Below are positions 52,371-61,704 of a stretch of 64,000 bases of DNA, piece after piece. Position 1 is the stretch's first letter; the number at the start of each line of letters is the position of its first letter. Both the position numbers and the translations under genes were made by a program. Under the pieces are notes generated by a model that was not told where the DNA came from, did not search any database, and saw nothing but the letters and a program-made list of their open reading frames with translations. The DNA is from an uncultured Holophagales bacterium (GTDB lineage: Bacteria > Acidobacteriota > Thermoanaerobaculia > Multivoradales > UBA5704), in the NCBI GenBank assembly GCA_963842525.1, contig CAWJGT010000001.1, forward strand, positions 744,629-808,628, read 5' to 3'.

Positions 52371-55353
52371 CTAGAAGTCGTAGCGCAGGCCGAGCTGGAG
52401 GGTGCGCGGGTTGCGGATGAAGTCGTCCTCGACACCGAAAGTAGCGTTCGGCGTCGGACCGATGCCGAAGATCTGGTTGTTGTTGCTGACGAAACGCGTC
52501 TCGCGATCGCTGCAGTTGAAGCACTCGGCGAACACGGCGAGCTCGCCGGGGCCGAGGTTGAACCCTTTCGACAGACGCATGTCGAGCGTCCAGAAGTTGG
52601 GCTGCCGCTCGCTGTTGCGGCCGAGGTGGACGCCGTTGACGGTCGGTCGGTCGGTGCCGGACTCGCCGTCGCTGTTCAGGTCGACGTTGGCCCGCGGCGT
52701 GAAGGGCGAACCGGTGGCGAAGCGGAAGGCGCCGGAGAGCCCGATCCCCCACAGCGGCGTGTCCCACACGCCGTTGAGCACCACTTTCCACTCCTGGTCG
52801 CGGTTGGACGGACCCCAGCTCAGCTCGGGGTTGTTGTAGTCCTCGAGCTGGACGCCGGCGAAGTTGCGCTCGTTGGAGTCATGGTCGCGGTCCTCCGACC
52901 AGGTCACCGCTCCGTAGAGGCTGTAGTTGCCGGAGTAGCGCCGTTGCAGGGTGAGGGTGGCCGCCTTGTACTCCGACTCGCCGTCCGAGACGTCCATGAC
53001 GATGCGGTTGTACGCCGCGAAGCGGCGTGCGGAGCTGTAGCGCGGCAGGCCGTTGGCTGCTGTGACGCCAGCGGCACAGCCCGGGTCGCTCGTCGAGGTG
53101 CAATACAGGCGGTTGAAGTTGGTCAGCCGCTGCAACTGGTTGCCTTCGGCATAGGTAAGGTCGACGCCGAGGGAGAACAGCGGCATGATCTCACGCTCCG
53201 CACCGACGGTCAGCCGGTCGGTGTAGGGGTTCTCGAAATCCGGATCGACGGTGAAGACGTCCGGGGCGGCCGAACCGCCGGTGACGTTCCTGAAATCCAC
53301 CCGCTCGATGCCCGCCGGTGTCCAGCCGCCATTGATGGCGCCGGCGCCGCTACCCCAGCCAAGACCGATCAGGTTTGCTGGCGGCCCGGTGCAGAGGCCA
53401 CTGGACTGCGGGCAGGTGATGGTGAGCTGCGCACCGCGCACGCCGTTGGCGGTGAAGGGCTGCGCCCACAGCAGAGCGGGGGTGCGGCTCCAGTACCGGC
53501 CGAGCGAGACACGCACGGCTGTTTTGGGATCCGGCGACCAGGAGAGGCCGATCCGGGGCGAGATCTGGTTTTCGGAATCGGGGATCTCGCCGGTGAGGCG
53601 CATCGTGCCGTTCGGCCCGGCTTCGTTCGGATTGAGGATCGGGTCGTTGGGGTTGTCGAGCGTCTCGAGGCGCAAGCCGACGCTCAGCGTCAGATTGGGG
53701 CTGGCGAACCACTGGTCCTGCACGAAGAGGGCGGTCTCTTTCTGGCTGAAAGAAGCCGCGCCGGCCTCATCCGAGGACAGGCCGTTGAGCCCGCCGAACT
53801 GCCGGTACTCGCGCCATTGCCCGGCCAGCAACTGGGCCTCGTTGCCGAAAATGAAGACGCCGCGCCAGTTCCCCTTGAAGATCTGGTCGACGCTGGTTTC
53901 GTTGTACTCGACGCCGCCTTTGAAAACGTGCCGGTCGCCGATCAGGTAGGTCAGGGTATCGGCGAACGCCTTGCGCTCATTGGTGGTCTGGATGGGGAGG
54001 AAGGACACTTCACCGAAGCGCAGGCCGCCGAGCTGGATTTCGGGCAGGTTGAGCCCCTTGTCCTGGCGCGGCGTGTCCTCGTCGATGAAATTGAGGTTCA
54101 GGTCGTTGAGCACGCTGCTGCCGAACTGGCCGGACCATGAGCCGACGTAGGCCTTGGTGTCGAGCCCTTCGATCCCGTTGAAGCTCTCAGTGCGCGCACC
54201 CGAGTTCGAACGAGCCGTTGACGCCCTCGTAGTCGATGATGTTGGCGCGCAGCATGAACCGCTGGGTCGGGGTCGCCTGGTAGTCGACGCGGCCGAAGGC
54301 CACCGAGCCGTCCTGCGTCTGTACGTACTCGGTCGGCGAGGCGAGCACCGGATAGCGGCCGAAGATGTCGGCATCGAGGTTGGCGGCGTTGATGGGCACC
54401 GTCTCGCTCTTCTCCTGGTTGTCGTAGGACAGGAAATAGAACAGCTTGTCCTGCACGATGCGGCCGCCGAGCGAGCCGCCGAACTGCTCTTTGTCCTGTT
54501 CGGCCGGCTCCGTGCCGTTGGGGAAATTGGCGATCAGGCTCTGCGGCTGGTTGAAGTAGAAGAGCGAGCCGTGCGTGTTGTTCGTGCCGCTCTTGGTGAT
54601 GATGTTGACGAAGCCGCCGCCCGAGCGCCCGTACTCGACCGAGGCGCCGTTGGTGACGACCGAGAACTCCTTGATCGACTCCTGGGAGATGGAGAGCGGG
54701 GCGCGGCCTTCGGCGCCGCCGACGGCACCGCCGAAGAAGGCGTTGTTGTAGTCGACGCCGTCCACGGTGATGCTGGTGTTGATGCCGCGCTCGCCGGAGA
54801 GCGACAGGTTGCCGCGCTCGGATTCGAGGCGGCTCTCCGGCGTCAGCAGAACGAGCTGCTTGAAGTCACGGCCGGCGCTCGGGATCGCCTCGATCTGCTC
54901 CTGCTGGATCGTGGTGCCGATCTGGGTGTTGGTGACCTCGACGACCGGCAGCTCGCTGGCGGTCACGGTGATGGTCTCCGCCACCGACGAGCTCTGCAGG
55001 TTGAAGTTCACGGACGGGGTGGAGCCGAGGAGCAGGCGGACGTCCGGCGCCGTCGCCGTGGCGAACCCGTCCAGCTCCGCGACGATGTCGTAGGTCCCGG
55101 TCGGCAGGTTCAGGATCCGGTAGAAGCCCTGCTCCTCGGTGACGGAGACCAACTGGAGACCTGTCTCCTTGTTGGTCGCCGTCACGGTCACCCCGGGCAG
55201 GGGGGAGCCCGAGGCGTCCTCCACAGTGCCGGAGATCCGGCTGGTGGTCACGTCGGTCTGGGCAAAGGCCGATCCGGCCGTCCCGACGGCCAGCAGCAGA
55301 GCCGTCAGGGCAAGAACCCAGAACCGAGAGCGGTTGGAACGGACACGCACCAT
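52371..55353 (-). CDS. TonB-dependent receptor (Oar-like); frameshift near 54200
   Basis: SPLPGVTVT, EYGRSGGG..ITKSGTN, QFGGSLGG, ISPRIGLSW, terminal PRTLQLGLRYDF. Confidence 0.9.
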
Positions 55354-55567
55354 AGATGAGGTCCTCCTTTTCAGCGCGTAGGTTTCGAGCGGATTGTACG
55401 CGAGGAGGCCGGGCCGCGCCCATGGACTGTGCAACTTTCCTGGAACAGGTCCATGGCGACTGGATGCCACCACCCGCTGTGCTAAGCTCCGCCCGCGAAT
55501 GCGGTCAACGATCGGCGGAATTATACCCCGAACCGGCCCTCCGCGTTCCCTCTTCTCAAGATCCAGT

Positions 55568-56062
55568 ATGAGCTCCGCGGAACGGCCCCTGGTGAGCGTG
55601 ATCATGGGGAGCCGCTCCGACTGGGAAACCCTCCGTCACGCAGACGAGATGTTGACCCGTCTCGGCGTCCCGCACGAGTGCCGGATCGTCTCCGCCCACC
55701 GCACGCCCGAGCTGATGCGCGACTTCGCCCGGGGCGCCGAGGAGAGAGGGGTCGAGGTGATCATCGCCGGTGCCGGCGGCGCCGCCCACCTCCCCGGCAT
55801 GGTGGCGGCCCAGACCCTGCTCCCGGTGCTCGGCGTCCCCGTCCAGAGCCAGGCGCTCAACGGCCTCGACTCGCTGTTGTCGATCGTCCAGATGCCCTCC
55901 GGGGTGCCCGTCGGCACGCTGGCGATCGGCAAGGCCGGAGCAGCCAACGCGGCGCTCCTCGCCGTCCGCTTCCTGGCGCGCACCCGCCCCGAGCTGCGGG
56001 AGAAGCTGCGCGACTTCGTGGACGAGCAGACGCGGCGGGTGCTCGAAGAGCCGCTGCCGTGA
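55568..56062 (+). CDS. purE: N5-carboxyaminoimidazole ribonucleotide mutase
   Basis: [37 protein letters not shown]. Confidence 0.97.
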   Translation: MSSAERPLVSVIMGSRSDWETLRHADEMLTRLGVPHECRIVSAHRTPELMRDFARGAEERGVEVIIAGAGGAAHLPGMVAAQTLLPVLGVPVQSQALNGLDSLLSIVQMPSGVPVGTLAIGKAGAANAALLAVRFLARTRPELREKLRDFVDEQTRRVLEEPLP

Positions 56063-56132
56063 GAGCCCTCTCCCCCTGGCCCCCTCTCCCGCGCGTCCCC
56101 CACGCTCCCACCCCGAGCGGGAGAGGGGGAAC
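56063..56132 (+). repeat. Single REP of the CCCTCTCCC...GGGAGAGGG family
   Basis: CCCTCTCCCCCTGGCCCCCTCTCCC...GGGAGAGGGGGA between purE and purK. Confidence 0.7.
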
Positions 56133-56149
56133 GCGGTCGGACGATCGGT

Positions 56150-57307
56150 GTGGATAGCCGCGTCATCCTTCCGGGGTCCGCGGTGGGCGTGCTGGGCAGC
56201 GGCCAGCTCGGCCGGATGTTCGCCATCGCCGCCCGGCGGATGGGCTACCGCGTCCACACCCTTTCTCCCGACTACGACACTCCGACCGGACAGGTGGCCG
56301 ACCGGGAGGTCCAGGCCTCCTACGACGACCTCGACGCCGTCCGCTCGTTTGCCCGCGGCGTGAGCGTGGTGACCTTCGAGTTCGAGAACGTCTCGGCGGC
56401 CGCCACCGAGGCCGCGGCCGAGCACGCCCCGGTCCGGCCGGCCGGCGCGGTGCTGCACACCACCCAGAACCGGCTGCGGGAAAAGGGCTTCCTGCAGGAT
56501 GCGGGGTTCCCGGTCGCTCCCTTCGCCCCGGTCCGTTCCGCAGAGGAGCTGGCGCAGGCGCTGGCCCATGTGGGCATCCCGGCCGTGCTCAAGACGGCCG
56601 CCTGGGGATACGACGGCAAGGGGCAGGTCCGGATCGATGCGCCGGGGGAGGCGGAGGCGGCGTGGAACAACCTCGGCCGGGCGGAGGCGATCCTCGAGGC
56701 CTTCGTCGACTTCGAGCGCGAGGTCTCGGTGGTGGCCGCGCGCGGGCTCGACGGCTCGTTCGCCCACTTCGGCGTGATCGCCAACGACCACCGGAACCAC
56801 ATCCTGGACGTCTCCGTGGCGCCGGCTCCGGTGCCGCCCGGGGTGGTCCGCGAGGCGGTCGGGATCGCGCAGGGGATTCTGGACGAGCTGGACGTGGTGG
56901 GCATCCTCTGTGTCGAGATGTTCCTCGCCCGGGACGGCCGGCTGCTGGTCAACGAGCTCGCGCCGCGGCCCCACAACTCCGGCCACCTGACGTTCGACGC
57001 CTGCGTGACGAGCCAGTTCGAGCAGCAGCTCCGGGCCATCTGCGGCCTCCCCCTCGGCTCGACCGAGCTGCTGCGGCCGGCCGCCATGGCCAACCTCCTG
57101 GGCGACCTCTGGCGGTATGGCGAGCCGGGCGAGCCGGGCGAGCCGGACTGGGCCGCCGCCCTGCGCTTCCCCGAGGTCAAGCTGCACCTCTACGGCAAGG
57201 CGACGGCGCGTCCGGGGCGCAAGATGGGGCATCTGACCGCTCTGGCAGACACCCCGGAGGAGGCGCGGCAGCGGGTGCTGGCTGCGCGCGCAGCGCTCTG
57301 CCCCTGA
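56150..57307 (+). CDS. purK: N5-carboxyaminoimidazole ribonucleotide synthase
   Basis: GVLGSGQLGRM, TFEFENV, GYDGKGQ, NELAPRPHNSGH, HLYGK..RPGRKMGH. Confidence 0.97.
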   Translation: MDSRVILPGSAVGVLGSGQLGRMFAIAARRMGYRVHTLSPDYDTPTGQVADREVQASYDDLDAVRSFARGVSVVTFEFENVSAAATEAAAEHAPVRPAGAVLHTTQNRLREKGFLQDAGFPVAPFAPVRSAEELAQALAHVGIPAVLKTAAWGYDGKGQVRIDAPGEAEAAWNNLGRAEAILEAFVDFEREVSVVAARGLDGSFAHFGVIANDHRNHILDVSVAPAPVPPGVVREAVGIAQGILDELDVVGILCVEMFLARDGRLLVNELAPRPHNSGHLTFDACVTSQFEQQLRAICGLPLGSTELLRPAAMANLLGDLWRYGEPGEPGEPDWAAALRFPEVKLHLYGKATARPGRKMGHLTALADTPEEARQRVLAARAALCP

Positions 57308-57308
57308 A

Positions 57309-57452
57309 AGCCCTCACCCCCGACCCCTCTCCCATCCGCACTCACACCCGCCCGGGAGAGGGGAGCCCCCACCCAGGAGCTTCCTGGTCATGCTTTTCTC
57401 CCCTCTCCCGGGGGAAGGGAGGGCGGATGGGAGAGGGGCCGGGGGTGAGGGG
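57309..57452. repeat. Empty REPIN/MITE of the CCCTCACCCC...GGGAGAGGG family
   Basis: Inverted arms ~57309-57365 and ~57396-57452. Confidence 0.8.
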
Positions 57453-57502
57453 CCAGGGCTCGCGCAGGAATTTCCAGACACCCTCTCGGATAGGATGAGG
57501 CC

Positions 57503-58573
57503 ATGACCTCCACCTGGATGATCTATGGCGCCAACGGCTACACCGGCGAGCTCGCCGCCCGCGAGGCCGCCGCTCGCGGTCTCGGTCCCATCCTCGCCGG
57601 GCGCAACCGCGAGGCGATCGAGGGCCTGGCGCGGGAGCTGAGCCTGCCCAGCCGCATCTTCTCTCTCGACAACCCGGACGAGACCCGGCGGGCGCTGGAA
57701 GGGGTGACGGCGGTCCTCCACTGCGCCGGGCCGTTCATCCGCACCAGCGCAGCCATGGTGGCGGCCTGCCTGGCGAGCGGAGCGTCCTATCTGGACATCA
57801 CCGGTGAGATCCAGGTCTTCGAGACGGTGCTGGCGCAGGGCGATGCGGCGCGGCAAGCGGGGGTCGCGCTCCTCCCGGGGGTGGGGTTCGACGTGGTCCC
57901 CAGCGACTGTCTCGCGGCCCGTCTCGCCGCGGCCCTGCCGGACGCCGTCGAGCTGGCCCTGGCCTTCGCCTCCGACGGCGGGACCTACAGCCGGGGGACG
58001 CTCAAGACCATGATCGAGAACCTGCCGCACGCCGGAGCCCTGCGCCGGAACGGCCGCATCATCCCGGTCCCGGTCGCCCACGACGTCCGCGAGATCGACT
58101 TCGGCGGGCGCTTCGGCCGGCGCTGGACCGTGACCATCCCCTGGGGGGACGTCGCGACCGCCTTCCACTCGACCGGCATCCCGAACATCCGCGTCTACAC
58201 CGGTGCTCCGCGATCGTCGATCCGGCGCATGCGGCGGATGGCGCCGCTCCTCCCGCTCGCCGCCTGGAAGCCGTTCAAGAAGCTGCTCCAGGCGTGGGTC
58301 GGGAAGACCGTCACCGGCCCGAGCGCCGAGGTCCGCCAGACCGCCCGGACCTATCTCTGGGGAGAGGCGCGCAGCGCCGCCGGCCACACCGCAACCGGCA
58401 CGCTCGACGTTCCCGAGGCCTACCACTTCACTGCCGTCTCCGCGGTCGAGTGTGTCCACCGAGTGCTGGAAGGGAAGGTCCCGGCCGGTGCCTGGACCCC
58501 GTCACAGGCCTTCGGGAAGGATTTCGTGGGCGAACTGCCGGGCGTGACGGTGGGTGAGGTGCGGCGAGGCTGA
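57503..58573 (+). CDS. Saccharopine dehydrogenase-like NADP-binding oxidoreductase
   Basis: IYGANGYTG, LAGRN, HCAGPF, YLDITGE, GFDVVPSD. Confidence 0.9.
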   Translation: MTSTWMIYGANGYTGELAAREAAARGLGPILAGRNREAIEGLARELSLPSRIFSLDNPDETRRALEGVTAVLHCAGPFIRTSAAMVAACLASGASYLDITGEIQVFETVLAQGDAARQAGVALLPGVGFDVVPSDCLAARLAAALPDAVELALAFASDGGTYSRGTLKTMIENLPHAGALRRNGRIIPVPVAHDVREIDFGGRFGRRWTVTIPWGDVATAFHSTGIPNIRVYTGAPRSSIRRMRRMAPLLPLAAWKPFKKLLQAWVGKTVTGPSAEVRQTARTYLWGEARSAAGHTATGTLDVPEAYHFTAVSAVECVHRVLEGKVPAGAWTPSQAFGKDFVGELPGVTVGEVRRG

Positions 58574-58805
58574 GCCCTCACCCCCCTGCCCCCCTCTCCC
58601 AGCCTCACACCCACCCGCCCGGGAGAGGGGGGATTGCTTTGTCATCCTGAGCGCAGCGAAGGATCTGGGGGAAGGGAAGCTCCGCCGCCCAGATTCTTCG
58701 CTGCGCTCAGCGGGAGCCCCCGACTGTCATTCTGCCCTGCCTGCATCCCCCCTCTCCCGGGTGGGTGGGTGTGAGGCTGGGAGAGGGGGGCAGGGGGGTG
58801 AGGGC
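58574..58805. repeat. REPIN/MITE with DUF559-type arms enclosing a second REP type
   Basis: Arms 58574-58633 and 58746-58805 are near-perfect inverted repeats; interior TGTCATCCTGAGCGCAGCGAAGGATCT (58640-58666) pairs with AGATTCTTCGCTGCGCTCAG (58691-58710). Confidence 0.85.
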
Positions 58806-58839
58806 GGCCCTGGCCCAAGTTTTGCCTCGCCTTCGACCC

Positions 58840-60486
58840 GTGATCGACCTCTGGTACAAGAACGCGATCATCTACTCCCTCGACGTCGACGCCTTCCAGG
58901 ACTCGAACGGCGACGGCGTCGGCGACTTCCGGGGGCTCGGCGAGCGGCTGGACTACCTGTCCAGCCTGGGCGTGACCTGCCTCTGGCTGCTCCCCTTTTA
59001 TCCTTCGCCCAACCGGGACAACGGCTACGACGTCATGGATTATTACGGGGTCGACCCGCGGCTCGGCACGCTCGGCGACTTCGTGGACTTCATGCGCAAG
59101 GCCCGCGAGCGCGGCATTCGGGTGATGATCGACCTGGTGGTCAACCACACCTCGGACCAGCACCCCTGGTTCCAATCGGCCCGCCGGAGCAAGGACTCCC
59201 CCTACCGTGACTACTACATCTGGTCGGATACCCTCCCCGCGAACGCGCGCGAGGGGATGGTCTTTCCCGGCTACCAGGACGCGGTCTGGGACTGGGACGA
59301 GGTCGCCGGTGCCTACTACTTCCACCGGTTCTATGCCCACCAGCCGGACCTCAACATCTCCAATCCGGCGGTGCGCGAGGAGATCTGCCGGATCATGGGC
59401 TTCTGGCTGGAGCTCGGCGTCTCGGGCTTCCGGCTGGACGCGGCCCCCTTCCTGATCGAGATGAAGGGGGCGGACGCCCGCCCCGGCGAGGACCAGTATG
59501 CCTATCTCCGCGAGTTCTGCGATTTCCTTTCCTGGCGTCGCGGCGACGCGATCCTCCTGGCCGAGGCCAACGTCTCGCGGGAGAAGGTCGAGAAGTATTT
59601 CGGCGAGGGCGCGCGGATCCAGATGCTCTTCTCCTTCCTCCTCAACCAGTACCTCTTCCTGGCGCTGGCGAAGCAGGAGGCCGCTCCCCTGATCCAGGGC
59701 ATCGAAGCACTCCCCGTGCCGCCGCCCACCGGGCAGTGGGCGAACTTCCTGCGCAACCACGACGAGCTCGACCTCGGCCGGCTCACCCCGGAGGACCGGC
59801 AGAAGGTCTTCGCCGAATTCGCGCCCGACCCGGCCATGCAGCTCTACGAGCGCGGCATCCGCCGGCGCCTGCCTCCCATGCTCGGCGGCGACCGGCGGCG
59901 GATCGAGCTGGCCTACAGCCTGCTGCTCAGCCTGCCGGGCACGCCGGTGCTGCGCTACGGCGAGGAGATCGGCATGGGCGACGACCTGTCGCAGCCCGAG
60001 CGGGAGAGCGTGCGCACGGCCATGCAGTGGTCGCGGGAGAGGAACGGCGGCTTTTCGACCGCGCCGGCCGACAAGATGGGACGATCCTCCATCGCGGACG
60101 GCCCGTTCGGCTATCTGAACGGGGTCAATGTCGAGGAGCAGCACAGGGACGAGGACTCGCTCCTGCATTGGATGGAGCGGCTGATCCGCACCCGCAAGCA
60201 GTCTCCGGAGATCGGCTGGGGGAGCTGGAAGATCCTGGAGGCCGGCGACCCGGCCGTTTTCGCCCACCGCTGCGACTGGAGCGGCGGCACGGTCGTCGCC
60301 GTCCACAACCTGGCCGACCGCGCGGCCGTGGTCCGTCTCGGCCTGGATGGCGAGAAGCCGTTGCCGATGATCGAGATGCTGGGCGACCAGCCCTACCGGC
60401 AGATCCGGACCGACGAGGAGATCGACCTCGAGCCCTACGGCTACCGCTGGTTCCGCATCGGCGGCGCCAGCCGGTTCCTCTTTTGA
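58840..60486 (+). CDS. GH13 alpha-amylase family protein (TreS-like)
   Basis: WYKNAIIY, DSNGDGVGDF.G, DLVVNHTSDQHPWF, GFRLDA, FLRNHDEL, YGEEIGMGD. Confidence 0.92.
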   Translation: MIDLWYKNAIIYSLDVDAFQDSNGDGVGDFRGLGERLDYLSSLGVTCLWLLPFYPSPNRDNGYDVMDYYGVDPRLGTLGDFVDFMRKARERGIRVMIDLVVNHTSDQHPWFQSARRSKDSPYRDYYIWSDTLPANAREGMVFPGYQDAVWDWDEVAGAYYFHRFYAHQPDLNISNPAVREEICRIMGFWLELGVSGFRLDAAPFLIEMKGADARPGEDQYAYLREFCDFLSWRRGDAILLAEANVSREKVEKYFGEGARIQMLFSFLLNQYLFLALAKQEAAPLIQGIEALPVPPPTGQWANFLRNHDELDLGRLTPEDRQKVFAEFAPDPAMQLYERGIRRRLPPMLGGDRRRIELAYSLLLSLPGTPVLRYGEEIGMGDDLSQPERESVRTAMQWSRERNGGFSTAPADKMGRSSIADGPFGYLNGVNVEEQHRDEDSLLHWMERLIRTRKQSPEIGWGSWKILEAGDPAVFAHRCDWSGGTVVAVHNLADRAAVVRLGLDGEKPLPMIEMLGDQPYRQIRTDEEIDLEPYGYRWFRIGGASRFLF

Positions 60487-60495
60487 GCATTCGCT
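60409..60495 (+). repeat. 87-bp direct repeat, copy 1 (3' end of the GH13 gene)
   Basis: Appears identical to 61151-61237. Confidence 0.95.
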
Positions 60496-60575
60496 CGTGG
60501 CCCTCGTAGGCTTGCTCGCAGTGCCTCGCAATTCTGGTATCGTCCGCGCTGAACTTTTCGCGGAAAGGCGGGGGC

Positions 60576-60875
60576 TTGCCTTACACAATCGAGTACTCAC
60601 CCGAGACTCTCGACCATCTGAGAGCCCTGACTGCGAGAGATCGTTCCCTCGTGCTCGACGAAGTCGACGCTCAACTGAGGCACCAACCGACCATCGAGAC
60701 GCGGAACCGCAAAAGGATGAGGCCCAATCCTCTGGCTCCCTGGGAGCTTCGCATCGGTACCCTGCGCGTCTACTATGATGTGGAGGAGGCTCCCGAGCCC
60801 AAGGTGCTCATCCGCGCCGTCGGCATCAAGGAGCGCAACCGGGTCCGGATCGGCCGGAAGGAGTTCGAACTATGA
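60576..60875 (+). CDS. RelE/ParE family toxin
   Basis: IEYSPETLDHLRAL..QL.HQP..ETRNRK.MRPN..WELRIG.LRVYY; TTG start. Confidence 0.85.
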   Translation: MPYTIEYSPETLDHLRALTARDRSLVLDEVDAQLRHQPTIETRNRKRMRPNPLAPWELRIGTLRVYYDVEEAPEPKVLIRAVGIKERNRVRIGRKEFEL

Positions 60876-61138
60876 CCGTGCGGAAAGTCGAAGTGGCCGA
60901 TGCGACCGAGTCTTTGGCGGCCTATGTCCAAGAGGCGGATGCAGGCCCGGTCGTGGTCCTGAGCGAAGGACGGCCGGTCGCTGCGCTCATCGCCCTCGAA
61001 AACACGGACCTGGAAACGATCGCCCTGAGCACCGACCCCGAGTTCCTGGAGATCATCCAGAGATCCCGAGACCGTCAGTCCCGGGATGGTGGCCTGTCGA
61101 GCGCAGAGGTCCGCCGCCGTCTGGAAGACCAACCGTAG
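60872..61138 (+). CDS. Cognate antitoxin (Phd-like)
   Basis: SLAAYV..GPVVV..GRPVAAL..DLE...LSTDPEFLEIIQRSR..SSAEVRRRL; overlaps the toxin stop. Confidence 0.8.
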   Translation: MTVRKVEVADATESLAAYVQEADAGPVVVLSEGRPVAALIALENTDLETIALSTDPEFLEIIQRSRDRQSRDGGLSSAEVRRRLEDQP

Positions 61139-61150
61139 TTGGGTTGACGC

Positions 61151-61237
61151 ACCGACGAGGAGATCGACCTCGAGCCCTACGGCTACCGCTGGTTCCGCAT
61201 CGGCGGCGCCAGCCGGTTCCTCTTTTGAGCATTCGCT
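61151..61237 (+). repeat. 87-bp direct repeat, copy 2
   Basis: Duplicate of 60409-60495. Confidence 0.95.
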
Positions 61238-61249
61238 GTCGACTGTGTC

Positions 61250-61670
61250 GTTCGGATGCGTTCAGCCTCACCTGGATCGATCCAGAGTCATGCGATACGC
61301 ATCCAGAGTCACCTGTAAGCGTTCAGGGTCATCCTGAATCGATCCAGCGTCGTCTCGATGCGTTCAGCGTCACCGTGGATCGATCCGGCCCTCGTGAAAC
61401 GCATCCGGAGTCGCCTGGAAGCATCCAGGGTCACCCTGCATCGATCCAGCAACGTCTCGATGCGTTCAGGGTCACCCTGCATCGATCCAGCTCACGCGGA
61501 ATCCATCCAGAGCCGCCTGGAAGCATCCAGGGTCACCCCGGATCGATCCAGCGTCGTCTCGATGCGTCCAGCGTCACCCTGGATCGATCCAGCTCGCGCG
61601 AAATGCATCCAGGTCACCTGAAACGCGTTCAGGATCGCCCTGAATCGATCCCGCATCACCTCGGATGCCT
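61250..61670. repeat. Tandem array of ~20 units of 20-21 bp with a 102-bp higher-order period
   Basis: TYCAG/TCCGG anchors at 61261, 61281, 61302, 61322, 61343, 61363, 61384, 61404, 61424, 61445 and on to 61649; many units contain GATCGATC or ATGCAT-like palindromes. Confidence 0.85.
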
Positions 61671-61704
61671 CCGTCGAGCCTCTCCTCTGGGCTAGAATTC
61701 GCGA

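Noticed and set aside
57121-57146. GAGCCGGGC x3 in purK (GEPGEPGEP)
   Set aside because: Short in-frame loop expansion with no evidence of function.
61250-61670. CRISPR array or repeat protein (ORF 60775-61695)
   Set aside because: No constant repeat plus unique spacer structure; the ORF overlaps the real TA genes and the duplicated gene end, and the basic unit is not codon-phased.
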